Shown here piece after piece: positions 13,104 to 26,434 of a DNA stretch of 64,000 nucleotides. The stretch's first letter is position 1; each line of letters begins with the position of its first letter. Both the position numbers and the translations under genes were made by a program. This DNA comes from Octopus vulgaris (taxonomy: Eukaryota), in contig OX597814.1 of NCBI GenBank assembly GCA_951406725.2, positions 28,458,001-28,522,000 of the forward strand, given 5' to 3'. The notes beneath the pieces were generated by a model that searched no databases, had not been told where the DNA came from, and worked only from the letters and a program-made list of their open reading frames with translations.

Positions 13104-13257
13104 GGAGTTAAACGAAGGTGTTATTCAAATTCTTTTACTTCCGACATATGTTTCGAAGACAACATTGGTATAATTCCAGAAGGAATAATACCGATATTGT
13201 CTTCGAAACATATGTCGGAAGTAAAAGAATTTGAATAATACTGGCGTTTGACTCCAT
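13102..13257. repeat. ~155 bp imperfect palindrome (inverted PLE terminal-repeat junction)
   Basis: ATGGAGTTAAACG...CGACATATGTTTCGAAGACAA / TTGTCTTCGAAACATATGTCG...CGTTTGACTCCAT; each arm contains the hammerhead 3' half GAAACATATGTC. Confidence 0.85.
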
Positions 13258-13433
13258 TTATTTTTTTTTATCTATATTATACAAAACATTTCACCTTAAC
13301 CAGGAGTTTCTACCTTTATAAATAGGTTGTTACATCCTTGTTACTTGTGTGAATTTTTGCTACCCTGGTAACTGTTTATTCATTTTTTTCCATGTTATTT
13401 GTAAACACTGAGAAAAACACACAAACATTTATA

Positions 13434-13843
13434 TACTCTTTACTCTTTTACTTGTTTCAGTCATTTGACTGCGGCCATGCTGGAGCACCGCCTTTAGTCG
13501 AGCAAATCGACCCCAGGACTTATTCTTTGTAAGCCCAGTACTTATTCTATCGGTCTCTTTTTTGCCGAACCGCTTAGTGACAGGGCCGTAAACACACCAG
13601 CATCGGTTGTCAAGCGATGTTGGAGGGACAAACACAGACACACGAACACATACACACACATACATATATATATATACATATATACGACAGGCTTCCTTCA
13701 GTTTCCGTCTACCAAATCCACTCACAAGGCATTGGTCGGCTATAGCAGAAGACACTTGCCCAAGATGCCATGCAGTGGGACTGAACCCGGAACCCGGAAC
13801 CATGTGGTTGGTTAGCAAGCTACTTACCACACAGCCACTCCTA
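13434..13843 (-). mobile_element. SINE family A
   Basis: Full-length reverse copy. Confidence 0.9.
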
Positions 13844-13915
13844 TATAAAGAATTTTTTTCAGAATGAGATAAAATGCCAAGGCTGTGAAGATTTTAGAAC
13901 ATTTATAAATAGAAG

Positions 13916-13963
13916 GTCTTACAGCTGTTTCCAGGATATTTATTGTATCCCTTCATCGGGGAC
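13916..13963 (-). ncRNA. type-I hammerhead-like motif (U4C core, degenerate)
   Basis: Reverse complement gtcc-CCGATGA-A-GGGATA-caataaa-TATCCT-G-GAAAC-AGCT-GTA-agac. Confidence 0.5.
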
Positions 13964-14302
13964 GGTGTGAGAAAATGGTTAAGCGATAGCTAATTTAGAT
14001 AAGAACGAAATAAAGAGGAATGAAAATAGTTGTGAGATATGCAGGGATAGTGTATTTGTAGATCCATTATTTAGGTAGAGTGGTATGCACGTAAGATTAC
14101 AATACCTTGTCAGTAAATTCCAACAGTATTTAAAATTGGTCATTCCAAGTATAGAGCTTGTACACAGTGCTATTGAAGCGAGGGTTTTATTTAGAGTGAC
14201 CTAAAAGTAGGGAATGTATTTGTAAGGTCAAATCGAAAATAGGAAGAGAGGAACAAAGAAAAAAGAAAAAAAAATATGTATGTATGTATGTAAGTATATA
14301 TG

Positions 14303-14368
<66 letters not shown>

Positions 14369-14553
14369 GAATAATATATGAATATATGCATGTATACATA
14401 CATATATGTACATACCTACACATATATGCATATATACACGCACACATGGGCACAGGACATCAAAAAACAAACAAACAGAGAAACGAGACGTACAACAATA
14501 AAGAACATTCCCCTTCTTCAGTTGTTCATGTTTCACCTACTCCACGTATCGAA

Positions 14554-14608
<55 letters not shown>

Positions 14609-15486
14609 ATGTGTTTTTATAATATGAATAATATATATATTTATATATTTATATATATATATGTATATATATGTATGCATTTATATATGTATGCATGTAT
14701 GTATGTATGTGTGTATGTATGTATGTATGTATGTATGTATGTATACAAACAAAGAAAGTGGAATAAGCAAATTGTTTTATTACATAAAATTTACAATTGT
14801 TTCACCGCCATGCAAATTCGAGAGTATGGCTATATTATCATATAATATATGTCATACATTTCTAAATGTTTATATACAGGATTTTAAGGCAGCAGGCTAG
14901 ACGAAGGAAATACCACTCACCATTTTTACTTTGCGGCTTGAGTTAAAATTCTTCTGAAGTTGACTTCATCTTTCATCCTGTCGTGGTCGATAAAATAAGT
15001 TCCAGTCAAGCGCTTGGTTCGATGTAATCGACTATGCATTCACCCCCAGTATTTCAGACTTTGTGTCTGCAGTAGAAATTTTCATATACAGGATTCTAAT
15101 GAGCTGGCGTTCGATTGTATCGATGTAATGATGTACAATGTGTATATAGTTGCGTATATTATATAATAATGTAGCAAGAATCTTGAGTTCGAATACTGGT
15201 CTAGTAACAATTGTAAATTTATGTGATGTAACAATTTACTCACTCCATCCTTCTTGTCAATAATTCTATTAGTTCTACGGCTACGGGTATCACGGATTTT
15301 GGGGAATATGATCTGTAAAAAGTTGACTTCCGTTTCATAGTCATATCCGTTAGCCTGTAACCGTTGATGATAAAGGTTATAGCCGAGACGGTAGTCATAG
15401 AGCCATTGCAGATTTCCGATGCGGCGGATATATAATTGTTAAAGAGGACAACAAACGTTATGGCAAGGAAAATATCTCAAGTCATA

Positions 15487-15897
15487 TACTCTTTACTCTT
15501 TACTCTCTTAGTCTTTTACTTGTTTCAGTCATTTGACTGCGGCCATGCTGGAGCACCGCCTTTAGTCGAGCAAATCGACCCCGGGACTTATTCTTTGTAA
15601 GCCCAGTACTTATTCTATCGGTCTCTTTTTGCCGAACCGCTACGTGACGGGGACGTAAACACACCAGCATCGGTTGTCAAGCAATGCTAGGGGGACAAAC
15701 ACAGACACACAAACACACACATACGTATATATATATACATATATACGACAGGCTTCTTTCAGTTTCTGTCTACCAAATCCACTCACAAGGCATTGGTCGG
15801 CCCGGGGCTATAGCAGAAGACACTTGCTCAAGATGCCACGCAGTGGGACTGAACCCGGAACCATGTGGTTGGTTAGCAAGCTACTTACCACACAGCC
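15487..15897 (-). mobile_element. SINE family A
   Basis: Full-length reverse copy. Confidence 0.9.
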
Positions 15898-16129
15898 TGG
15901 AAAAAATTCAAAGTCTTATAGCTATTTCTGGGATATTCCATCATCAGAGACAAATAAGGAAAAATAGGGAATTATATGACTTGAAATGTTTGCCTTGCCT
16001 TAAAGGTTGTTGTCCTCTTTAACAATTATATAAATTACACACACACAGACACAGACAGACAGACAGACACACACACATACATACACACACGCACACACAC
16101 TTTTTATTGAAGCTGCAAAGACATCACAG

Positions 16130-16171
16130 AACTGTTACTCAGAGTTTCACGTTTTTGTTCGTCGGACAGTT
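16130..16171 (-). ncRNA. type-I hammerhead-like motif (U4C core)
   Basis: Reverse complement AACTGT-CCGACGA-acaaaaacgt-GAAA-CTC-T-GAG-TA-ACAGTT: 6-bp stem I, near-palindromic stem III, weak stem II. Confidence 0.55.
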
Positions 16172-16548
16172 GCGATGGCTTTAACAAAAAAAAGCATATT
16201 AAGAAAATGGAGAAATACATCGAAATCAAATATCAATTACCAGATAATACTCAATCACATACTTTATTAAACCACTACATAAGAAACTATAAGGTTAAAC
16301 ATAATAATGCAGGGTAAAACAGTGTACATGAAGGAGTGTATATAAAATAGTAATGTTATACAATAAGTAGAATACGTATAATAGAACGTATATATAAGTA
16401 CACATAAATATAAATATAGACTATATCTTACAGCTGTTTCAGCCATGTAGATAAGCATGTCTCATTCAACTCTGGGTACCTCACTAGCAGTATATTGGAT
16501 ATATGGTATCCCATGGTGAGTTGCATTTACAACCCCTATTTCAATTTG

Positions 16549-16612
<64 letters not shown>

Positions 16613-16620
16613 TGTATGTA

Positions 16621-16651
<31 letters not shown>

Positions 16652-17008
16652 GCATGTCTGTACATATATATATATGCACACACACGTATACATATATATA
16701 TATGTATGCATATATACACATATATACATGCATCTGTGTACATATGTATATATGCATGCACGTACATATATATATATATATATGCGTATGCGTGTATGAT
16801 TGTCTGCCTATATATGTGTGTCTCCGAAAGTATGCATCAGTATCTGTGTGTGTGAGAGAGAGAGAGAGAGTGTGTGTGTGTGTGTGTGTGTGTGTTATTC
16901 GTAAAACCGGGTAGCATTTCCAAACCACACCCTGTCATGTGGGTTTATAAATAGCCTTGACAAAATACTTAAAAGAAACGACCTTTTAGTCTTTCCTTCT
17001 TTCCTTGC

Positions 17009-17057
<49 letters not shown>

Positions 17058-17799
17058 ACTGACTCTCACAATCTCTCCTTCATTCTCACTTCCCTACTCT
17101 TTGTCTCATCCACCCCTTTTCACTCTCTCTTAATATCCTTCACCCTCTCTCATTCACTCCCCCCCTCTCTCTCTCTCTCTTTCACTTGTTAAGTTTTTCC
17201 TTGTCATTCACTGTTTTTCCTCTTCTCTCTTCTCTCTATAATATCTTTTTAGCCTTATTCCTTTTTGTAATATATTTTTGTGTATACTGTTTTACATACG
17301 TGTAACTTTATAGCCGCATTTTGTTAGTGGTTTGTCGATTTAGATGTGTATATTTATCATATTTTTTTGTTTGTTTTCACACTCAAACACTTTTAACACA
17401 CATGCATAAGCACAAACACGCACCCGCGTACACACGTGTATATATATGCATATACTCACAAATATACATACACCCGACAACACATGTGCGCAGTGACATA
17501 GCCAGACACAGACACATACATACGAAAGCGTATGTTACAGATAGGTTTTATAATGTGTTTAAGTATTTTGCAACGTGTGGATGGATGAGCATGTGTATTA
17601 ATGTGTGTGTTTGTGTGTGTCTGTATGAGTAAGAGGGAGAGCGGACGGGGAGAGAAAGGGGGAGAGAGTGTGTGCGTGTGTATGTGCTATGGGTGCTTCT
17701 GATGTATGTCTCCTTGGTACATATATGCGTAATTATGTATGCATATCTATGTATATGTTTACATGTATAAATGTTTGTGTGCGTGTGTGTACGCGTCTA

Positions 17800-18441
17800 A
17801 GTCTGCATGTATGTATGTATGCAAGTATGTATGTATGTATGTATGTATGTATGTATGTATGTATGTATATGTATGTATGTATGTATGTATGCGTGCGTGT
17901 ATGTATGTATGTATGTATGCATGCGTGTATGTATGTATGTATGTATGTATGTATGTATGTATGTATGCATGCATGTATGTATGTATGTATGCGTGCGTGT
18001 ATGTATGTATGTATGTATGTATGTATGCATGCGTGTATGTATGTATTATGTATGTATGTACGTATGTATGTATGTATGTATGTATGTATGTATGCATGCA
18101 TGTATGTATGTATGTATGTATGTATGCGTGTATGTATGTATGTATGTATGTATGTATGTATGTATGCATGTATGTATGCATGCATGTATGTATGTATGTA
18201 TGCATGCGTGTATGTATGTGTGTATGCATGCATGCATGTATGTATGTATGCATGCGTGTATGTATGTATGTATGTATGTATGCATGCATGTATGTATGTA
18301 TGTATGTATGCATGCGTGTATGTATGTATGTATGCATGCGTGTATGTATGTATGTATGCATGCATGCATGTATGTATGTATGTATGTATGTATGTATGTA
18401 TGTATGTATGCATGCGTGTATGTATGTATGTATGCATGCAC

Positions 18442-18472
<31 letters not shown>

Positions 18473-18500
18473 TGTATGTATGCATGCGTGTATGTATGTA
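17800..18500. repeat. ~700 bp (TGTA)n microsatellite with interspersed TGCA/TGCG variants
   Basis: Direct inspection; it is the source of the YVCM/HTYI pseudo-ORFs. Confidence 0.95.
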
Positions 18501-18698
18501 TTCTTTTATTTGTTTCAGTCATTTGACAGCGGCTATGCTGGAGCACCGCCTTTAGACGAACAAATCGACCCCAGAACTTATTCTTTGTAAACCTAGTACT
18601 TATACTATCGGATTCTCTTGCCGAACCACTAAGTTACGGGGAAGTAAACACCAACATCAGTTATCTAGTGATGGTGGGAGGACAAACACAAATACACA

Positions 18699-18746
<48 letters not shown>

Positions 18747-18927
18747 CACACAGGCATATATACGACGGGCTTCTTTTGAGTTTCCGTCAACCAAATCCAC
18801 TCACAAGACTTTGGTCGGCCCGGGGCTATAGTAGAAGACACTTGCCGAAGGTGCAACCAGTGGGACTGAACCCAGAACCATGTGGTGGGTAAGCAAACTG
18901 CTTACCACATAGTCACGTCTGCGCCTA
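18500..18927 (-). mobile_element. SINE family A (diverged)
   Basis: Reverse head and tail with internal (CA)n. Confidence 0.85.
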
Positions 18928-19017
18928 TATACATTTTGTATCTAGATGGCACTTAACTGAGTGCATTGATAGTTACTGTATTTGTATGCGGGTATGTTTT
19001 ATGCAGATTTTCTCCAA

Positions 19018-19070
<53 letters not shown>

Positions 19071-19080
19071 TGTACATATA

Positions 19081-19135
<55 letters not shown>

Positions 19136-19179
19136 GTGTGTGTGTATGTATGTATGTATGCATGCATGTATATGGGTAC

Positions 19180-19945
19180 ATGTGTGTGTATATGGGTACA
19201 ATACGTCACCAACAGTAAACAGCATGAGATACGAAAACAAATGAGTTAAATACGCGAATAACGAGCGAAAAAAGGGACAAGTAATACAAAGAATGATCCT
19301 TCATCAGTTGTCGGCTGTCTATCTGCTCCCCATTTCGAGCAATCAACGACAATATGAGTCTTCGAAGAAAGGACCCTTCATCAGTTGTTAGCTCTCTATC
19401 TACTCCTCATTTCAAGCATTCAATGACAGTTCCTCCCATAAATACCGAAATAAAATTTGGGGTTTATTAAGGGTCAATGTTAGGAACAAAAACAGGACAG
19501 TGGAAACATACAGGGAAACCAAACGAAAAGTAACATGGAGCGTCGTTAGATCTGAACGAGGGGAAATAGTGAACGCTGAGATATATTTTCTTTGAAAAGA
19601 GAAAAGAGAGAAGAGAGAGATAGGACACGTCCAGTCCTTAGAACGTCCGTGCAGGAAAGAAGGATGGTCACGTGAGGAAAAGAAAGATGGACGATGGTCA
19701 CGCGTGAGCAACGAGAGAGCGGGAAAGAGAAAGATGGAGAGAGGGACAGTTTTATCCTGTCTCTGCCTCGTAACACTTCGAACTTTTCTTGGACTATTCT
19801 ACATGGATTCTCCACCTGTACTTTCTTCTATTCTTCTACACTCGGACTCCTACACTTCGGCTGCACCTGTCCTACCCATGGATTACACTGGACTCTTCCC
19901 CTTGATGAGAAATCGCTCCAGTACAGCACGACGTTTGAATCTTTT
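19180..19945 (-). mobile_element. probable PLE 3' end and terminal repeat (homologous to 44310-44560 and 31500-31735)
   Basis: Minus-strand FKRRAVLERFLIKGKSPV* resembles a GIY-YIG C-terminus; downstream region has a duplicated ACAGC..ACAACTGATGAAGG block and ends in microsatellite. Confidence 0.5.
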
Positions 19946-20043
19946 GAACATTTAAAAACTTTTTTGTACTTTCTGTCTTTTCCTACTGTTGTTTCTCTCA
20001 ATCCGCACTTGTTCTATTTTCACTACTTGTCTCTGTCTGTGTT

Positions 20044-20080
20044 CCTTTCTGTCGAAGAGCGTAGGCTCGAAACGTAAAAA
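20044..20080 (+). ncRNA. minimal hammerhead-like motif (A6U) in PLE-derived element 19990-20175
   Basis: CTTT-CTGTCGA-A-GAGCGTAGGCTC-GAAACGTA-AAA, followed by the same tail as 8885-8983. Confidence 0.6.
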
Positions 20081-20229
20081 AAAACTTTCTCACTTCCCGA
20101 GCGTTAAACTAATACATCTGTTTGTTGTTTACACACCCGTCTTCGTCTTTTGTTTTTTTTGTAAATTCTCACTATTTATGTGTGTGTGTTTGTGTGTGTG
20201 TGCGTGTGTGTGTGTGTGTGTATGTGTGT

Positions 20230-20447
20230 ATTTTTGTGTTTCTGTATTTGTTCCCTCACCATCGTTTGACAACTGATGCCGGTGCGTTTACGTCCCCGTA
20301 ACTTAGCGGTTCGGCAAAACAAACCGATAGAATAAGTACTAGGCTTACAAAGAACAAGCTCTTTGGATTTGTTCGACTAAAGGCGGTGCTCCAGCATGGC
20401 CGCAGTCAAATGACTTAAACAAGTAAATGAGTAAACGAGTAAAAGAA
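20230..20447 (+). mobile_element. SINE family A, 3' half
   Basis: GACAACTGATGCCGGTG...GGTGCTCCAGCATGGCCGCAGTCAAATGAC. Confidence 0.8.
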
Positions 20448-21000
20448 TACACATACACACCTACTTACGTACTTGTATGTATGTGTGTGTATGTATGTAT
20501 TTACATGAGTGTAGACGTGTTTCAACATGACTCTTCATATAAACGTGTAATAGGAAACGTTGCTTCTGATTAGACTAACATATACGCACATACATATGAA
20601 CACACTCATACACCACATACACAAACATATATGCACAAATAAGACACATAAATACATGTATACGTGCAAGTATGTATGTATGTATGTATGCATGTACGTA
20701 TGTAAGATTGTGCTATTCGTGAGTGCATGTATTTCTACGCGCTCACAAATCCACATAAACATGGGAGGACAGCAGCTATGACTTGTGCTGGCCCTCCCAA
20801 GCCGGTGAGATTGATATGGTTGATGCTTACCCTGAACGTTCTTAGGTCAATGCCTTCAGAAATATGCTTGCAAGGAAGTTAAATCTGCTAAAGGCAACCC
20901 AAGTGTCACGTGGTTGTGGCTTTGTTGTTCACATCTTCCCGGGTCGAGATTACCCTTTATCAAAGATGATTTTTGTTTTGTTTTATTTTCAGATATTATA

Positions 21001-21420
21001 TACCTATTTCTTTACTACCCACAAGGGGCAAAACACAGAGGGGACAAACAAGGACAGACAAACAGATTAAGTCGATTATATCGACCCCAGTGCGTAACTG
21101 GTACTTAATTTATCGACCTCGAAAGGATGAAAAGCAAAGTCGATCTCGGCGGAATTTGAACTCAGAACGTAACGGCAGACGAAATACCTATTTCTTTATT
21201 ACCCACAAGGGGCTAAACACAGAGGGGACAAACAAGGACAGACATAGGTATTAAGTCGATTACATCGACCCCAGTGCGTAACTGGTACTTAATTTATCGA
21301 CCCCGAAAGGATGAAAGGCAAAGTCGACCTCGGCGGAATTTGAACTCACAACGTAACGGCAGACGAAATACCGCTAAGCATTTCGCCCGGCGTACTAACG
21401 TTTCTGCCAGCTTGCCGCCT
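21001..21420 (-). mobile_element. SINE family B, head-to-tail dimer
   Basis: A full unit is followed by a second unit starting at the internal GGTATTTCGTCTGCC (junction ~21188). Confidence 0.88.
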
Positions 21421-21657
21421 TAATTATATATTATATACCTGTTATTCAGTGTGTCCTTCCTCGTTCAAGCTAAAATTGAAGAACATTTGGTTGCTACATC
21501 TAACGGATCGAGTGACTTCTTAGAGTCTCCACAGGTCTCACTCGACTTGTAATATAAAAATTGACTTTCTGATTATTCTTATCAAAGACTCGACCAATGA
21601 CAGAGTGTCCAAGTGTCTTCATACTTGATCACTCCAATATATTGCGTATATTATATA

Positions 21658-22016
21658 CTAGCAGTATCGCCCGGCGTTGCTCAGGTTTGTAAGGGAAATA
21701 ACTATAAAGCATTTTTAGAGAGTTATAGCCAAAAAATAGCCAAAAAATGGTTTTGAGAGTTAAAAAAGGTGGAGTTGCGCCCCCTAGATAGTTTGTGGTT
21801 TGTGTTTCTGATTCTCGACCCCATGTCGAATTTATCGATTTTTTTCAGAACTGGGGGAACTTTACAAAATTTTCGCTGCGTTAGTTTTGAATTATGACAT
21901 TGGGCTATGTGTGTGTCAAGTTTCATCAGAATCGGTTGAAAGCCGTGGTCAGGGTGAGGGTACAAGCAAACAGACACACAGAAACACGCACAAACTGCCG
22001 TTTATATATAGAGAGA
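21658..22016 (-). mobile_element. non-autonomous Helitron (same 3' end as 5567-6203, different body)
   Basis: CTAGCAGTATCGCCCGGCGTTGCTC end; the minus-strand 5' end reads TCTCTCTATATATAAA. Confidence 0.8.
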
Positions 22017-22024
22017 TTTTATCT

Positions 22025-22413
22025 TTTACATTCTACATGTTTCAATCATTAGACTGCGGCCATGCTGGGGCACAAGCTTGAAGACTTTTAGTCGAACGAA
22101 ATGACTGCAGGACTTACCTTTTAAGCGTGGTACTTATTCTATCGATCTCTTTTGCCGAACCGCTACGTTACGGGGATGTAAACACATCTACACTGGTTGT
22201 AAAGCGGTGGGGGTGCAAACACAGATACAAAGACACACACACACATATATAACGGGCTTCTTTCAGTTTCCGTCAACCAAATTCACTCGCATGGCTTTGG
22301 TCAGCTTGAGGCTATAATAGAGGACACTTGCCCAAGGTGCCACTCAATGAGACTGAACCCAAAACCATGTGGTTGGAAAGCAAGCTCCTTACCACGCAGC
22401 CACGCCTGCGCCT
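22025..22413 (-). mobile_element. SINE family A (diverged)
   Basis: Reverse head and tail recognisable. Confidence 0.8.
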
Positions 22414-24225
22414 ATATAGTAGCATATAAAATATATGCCAAATTTCTGGAACGTTTTACACATTTTGGTAAAGTCGCTGGTCGATTAGCCTAGAATTGTC
22501 GCCTGTGTAAAATGTAACTTTTCTGAGGTTAGTGGTGACAGTTATGCAAAACATGGTTGTAGATAATGAAGTTCGCTTCGCCACCGAACAATTTCGGGTT
22601 CAATCTCAATATGCAGTACCTTGGGTATTATCCACTCCGTGATTCAACGGTAGATTCAGCGTCACTGAATACCCTTAATGCACCAAATATATGAAGGAGT
22701 TTCCATATAAGTGAGGAAGTCTCTACGTGGTGACACGAAATGTTAGAAAGAGCAGCTAATTGTCCCTCAAACTATACAACTTCTTGTCTTACAAAATATG
22801 ATGTAGTGGGTAATGTCCGGGATCCTTAACCAAAACAGGATGGGATTAAACAATAGCAAAAAGAACGCGAAGCAAACTAGTTAGAAGCGGATTTATGGAT
22901 TTAGGCAATAATCCAAAGTGACTTTTACATCTTCTGGATAACTATCTTTCAAGAGAATGTTCCTTTGTCGTTCCATATCTCAAGAAAAACTGTTTGGTGT
23001 ATGATCCGCAATTGTCGTCGTTGTTGTTGCTGTTGTTCCTGCTGCTGCTGCTGTTGTTGTTGTTTGACCTCAGGTCACCCCTGATCGAGCAGATTTGTGA
23101 TCAAAGATATCCCAGACGTGATCGTCCCGTCTCTTTTATGTGCAGAAACCCCAAAAGTATATGTCCAGCATTTACTTTTTTCTTCAAGACGGAAGCATAT
23201 GATTGAAGAGAGTTTTGGTTGCTTTTTCTATCAGGTCGAACGACAGCTTATAGACTCCCCTGTTGGATCGTGTTATGATTATTAGTATGATTTCTGCATT
23301 CTTAGTAGTTAATATTATTGCTGTATACATTGCACTTCAAACTACTTCCTTATACGATGAAATCCTAAACGTGGGAATTGCATTAAATGGTTATTTTATT
23401 GTGACATCATGTTTCATAAGAAGGTAAACACGTTGACGACCGTTTGTGATAACACTGAAGTAAATAAGATAGCTCTAATTTTTTATATCCGGCATCTGCT
23501 TGTTTATTTCCTTGCTTCCACGTTGCGATTATATAATCTTCGTTGTATGATTGAATACCATCGTCAGTAAGTGACAATTATCTACTTTGCTTCTGTCACC
23601 TTGAATTCTGCATTTATTCAAAACGGATTTCCTTCTATTCTGTCAACACATTTGCGATCATCTGGGTTCTAATCTCTTAATAATTCGTCTCAAAAATATT
23701 GAAATACTCAATGAGTTTACTAAAATCTCAAGTTAGCATCAATAATATACACTACGACATCCAAACTAGCACTTCATTGTTGATGTTTGGGACCAATTCC
23801 GTTTTAGTCACTGTGGATGTAGAAGTTTTCTCAAATTTTTATGTCTATTCTTTTGAATTTCTTCGAAAATACGATAAAATATGGCCAATTAATTATCTCA
23901 GAACTCGAACAGGAAACATATTAGTCTGCATCCTGGTGTGTATACTCATAATGTGTCTACCAAGCACATCCTGAAACAAAGTTAAGCTGAACAATATAAT
24001 AATACACAAACAACAGGATTGTCTTTTCTGGGAGGCCTCTTTCATTGTAATTCTCCAACTACGAAATATCTACGACTACAGACACGACGTCAAGATTTAT
24101 TTCGAGCCAACAAACGTAGACCTCCGCGCGCGTGTGTCTTGCTAGTCGTAGTAGCCAAAATATTCCTGAAGCCATACGCCACCTGCCTCAATCAGGACTA
24201 TCATATGTATACATACATTTTTTTT

Positions 24226-24259
<34 letters not shown>

Positions 24260-24311
24260 CATACATATATGAAAGAATGGAGCTGAGCGACGAATTAACA
24301 AAATTCCTTTA

Positions 24312-24394
24312 TTTTCGACATATGTTTCGAAGGCTGCATATTCCTAATTGCGAAGGAATAAGGAGTACATTATGCCGCTTTCTCATCAGGAAAA
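24312..24394 (-). ncRNA. type-I hammerhead ribozyme, canonical core, extended stem II
   Basis: Reverse complement TTTTC-CTGATGA-GAAAGCGGCATA...TATGCAGCCTTC-GAAAC-ATAT-GTC-GAAAA; lies between (TA)n tracts. Confidence 0.75.
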
Positions 24395-24522
24395 GCAATG
24401 AACTTATGTCAACATCAAACTGCACGTAACTTCAACCGTGTTTTTTCTGATGTGAATTTGCTACCCAGGTATCGGTTAATTCGAATTATCCTTAATAAGA
24501 TAATTCATTCAACTACTCAAAT

Positions 24523-24568
<46 letters not shown>

Positions 24569-24839
24569 ACATATATGTATGTGTGTGTGTATATATATAT
24601 ATGTGTGTGTGCGTGCGTGTATGTATGTATGTATGTATGTATGTATGTATGAATGTATGTATGTATGTATGTATGTATGTATGTATGTATGTATGTATGT
24701 ATGTATGTATGTATGTATGTATGTATGTATGTAGGTAGGTAGGTAGGTAGGTAGGTATATAAAGATAAAATTAGGCAGCAATACCCTTGCATAGTAATCA
24801 GAAATGCCTGTACGAAATTTTAAGTTCAATAAAGCTCAC

Positions 24840-25135
24840 ACAACACCTAATGGACCATACTGGCATGATCCAGAGACAAGCCAAGTCAAGATATCTAGTG
24901 CCAATCTGGGTCGCAAGCTCAAGAATTTAGGAGAACCATGATCTCAAGCGCAAACAAAATGATCCCCGAAGTGTCCAGTGTCATTCCCTGGACATCCGAT
25001 TTCATATCAGAGTGACCTCTTAGAGACATGCTGTAAAAAATCTGAGGGGTACTTCACTCCCAGTGGTCTTTCGACACGCCGGGCATGAATCTGGAAATTC
25101 TGACTGCAGTAGTATAGCTAGATAATCTTTGAACC
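24840..25135 (-). mobile_element. degenerate LINE (RTE-like) endonuclease-region fragment, homologous to 63080-63310
   Basis: Shared blocks ctcaagcgcaa.caaaa.gatcccc, tttcatatcagagt.acct and cagtggtctt. Confidence 0.5.
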
Positions 25136-25139
25136 TGGC

Positions 25140-25606
25140 ATCACAATGTTAGCAAAAGTTGCTGTGTACTATGTGCTAACGTCGCTCCTTTACTTGTGTG
25201 AGGCGTGGACTCTTTACAGGCATCGTGCAAAGGTCCTTGAACGCTTCTATCAGAGATATCTGAAACACATTCTGAATGTTGGCTAGTCCTTACAGACTCC
25301 AGATACATATCCTGGGCATTGAGACAATTGTACATAAGCATCGATTACGCAGGATTGAACACCTTTTTCAAACGAGTGATCAAAGGATCCCTAAACAATG
25401 GCATATACTCCTTTACTCCTTTACTTGTTTCAGTCATTTGACTGTGGCCATGCTGGAGCACCGCCTTTTAGTCGAGCAACTCGACCCCAGGACTTATTCT
25501 TTTTGTAAGCCCAGTACTTATTCCATCGGTCTCTTTTTGCCGAACCGCTAAGTGACGGGGACGTAAACACACCAGCATCGGTTGTCAAGCAATTCTAGGG
25601 GAACAA

Positions 25607-25637
<31 letters not shown>

Positions 25638-26140
25638 CATATATACGACAGGCTTCTTTCAGTTTCCGTCTACCAAATCCACTCACAAGGCATTGGTCGG
25701 CCCGGGGCTATAACAGAAGACACTTGCCCAAGATGCCACGCAGTGGGACTGAACCCAGAACCATGTTGTTGGTTAGCAAGCTACTTACCACACAGCCACT
25801 CCTGCGACTATGGGGAACTTGTTTGTGAGAAACGTCCGTAGCAGGAACCAAGACTACAGGTCAAGGACTGTATAACGTCCTCGTCGAAGGGATGTGAGAT
25901 ATGGAAGGTCAACTGGGAAAGCAATACTTGTCATCGGCCTCAATGGAGGAAACAAGTAAACGAAGGATTGGGTACCTTTGAAGGAACACACGTTTTCAAT
26001 ACTGAACATAGGCTAGCTGTTCGAAAACGAACTGCCTGAGTAGTGAATTGGGTAAGTTTTGTCCGCAGTATCTGCAGCCGTGTGTATCTATCAATAGCTA
26101 GATTCATTAGTCACCAGCGGAGCGACAAATGTAAAGTGTA
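25140..26140 (+). mobile_element. degenerate RTE-clade LINE 3' region interrupted by a SINE
   Basis: LLYLCEAWT-LYRH..VLERFYQRYLKHILN...RIPKQ [SINE] YGEL...WRKQV...C..C...H remnants. Confidence 0.7.
25406..25810 (-). mobile_element. SINE family A
   Basis: Full-length reverse copy nested in the RTE remnant. Confidence 0.9.
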
Positions 26141-26231
26141 ATTTTGTATGAGTGCAACAGTGTTCTTCGTAGTCAGTGATGGATTTATTCGATCACGAGT
26201 GCACAACTATCATCATTATGTACATATGTAT

Positions 26232-26403
26232 AGGCGCAGGAGTGGCTGTGTGGTAAGTAGCTTGCTAACCAACCACATGGTTCCGGGTTCAGTCCCATTG
26301 CATGGCATCTTGGGCAAGTGTCTTCTGCTATAGCCTCGGGCCGACCAATGCCTTGTGAGTGAATTTGGTAGACGGAAACTGAAAGAAGCCTGTCGTATAT
26401 ATG

Positions 26404-26434
<31 letters not shown>

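Noticed and set aside
16421-16445. GAAACAGCTGTA (minus strand) and CTGAAGA hairpin at 61771-61800
   Set aside because: Only half of a hammerhead core in each case.
17668-18590. Long ORFs rich in [12 protein letters not shown] (also 12306-13103, 31938-33489, 54987-55536, 57709-58392)
   Set aside because: Translations of stop-free microsatellites, not genes.
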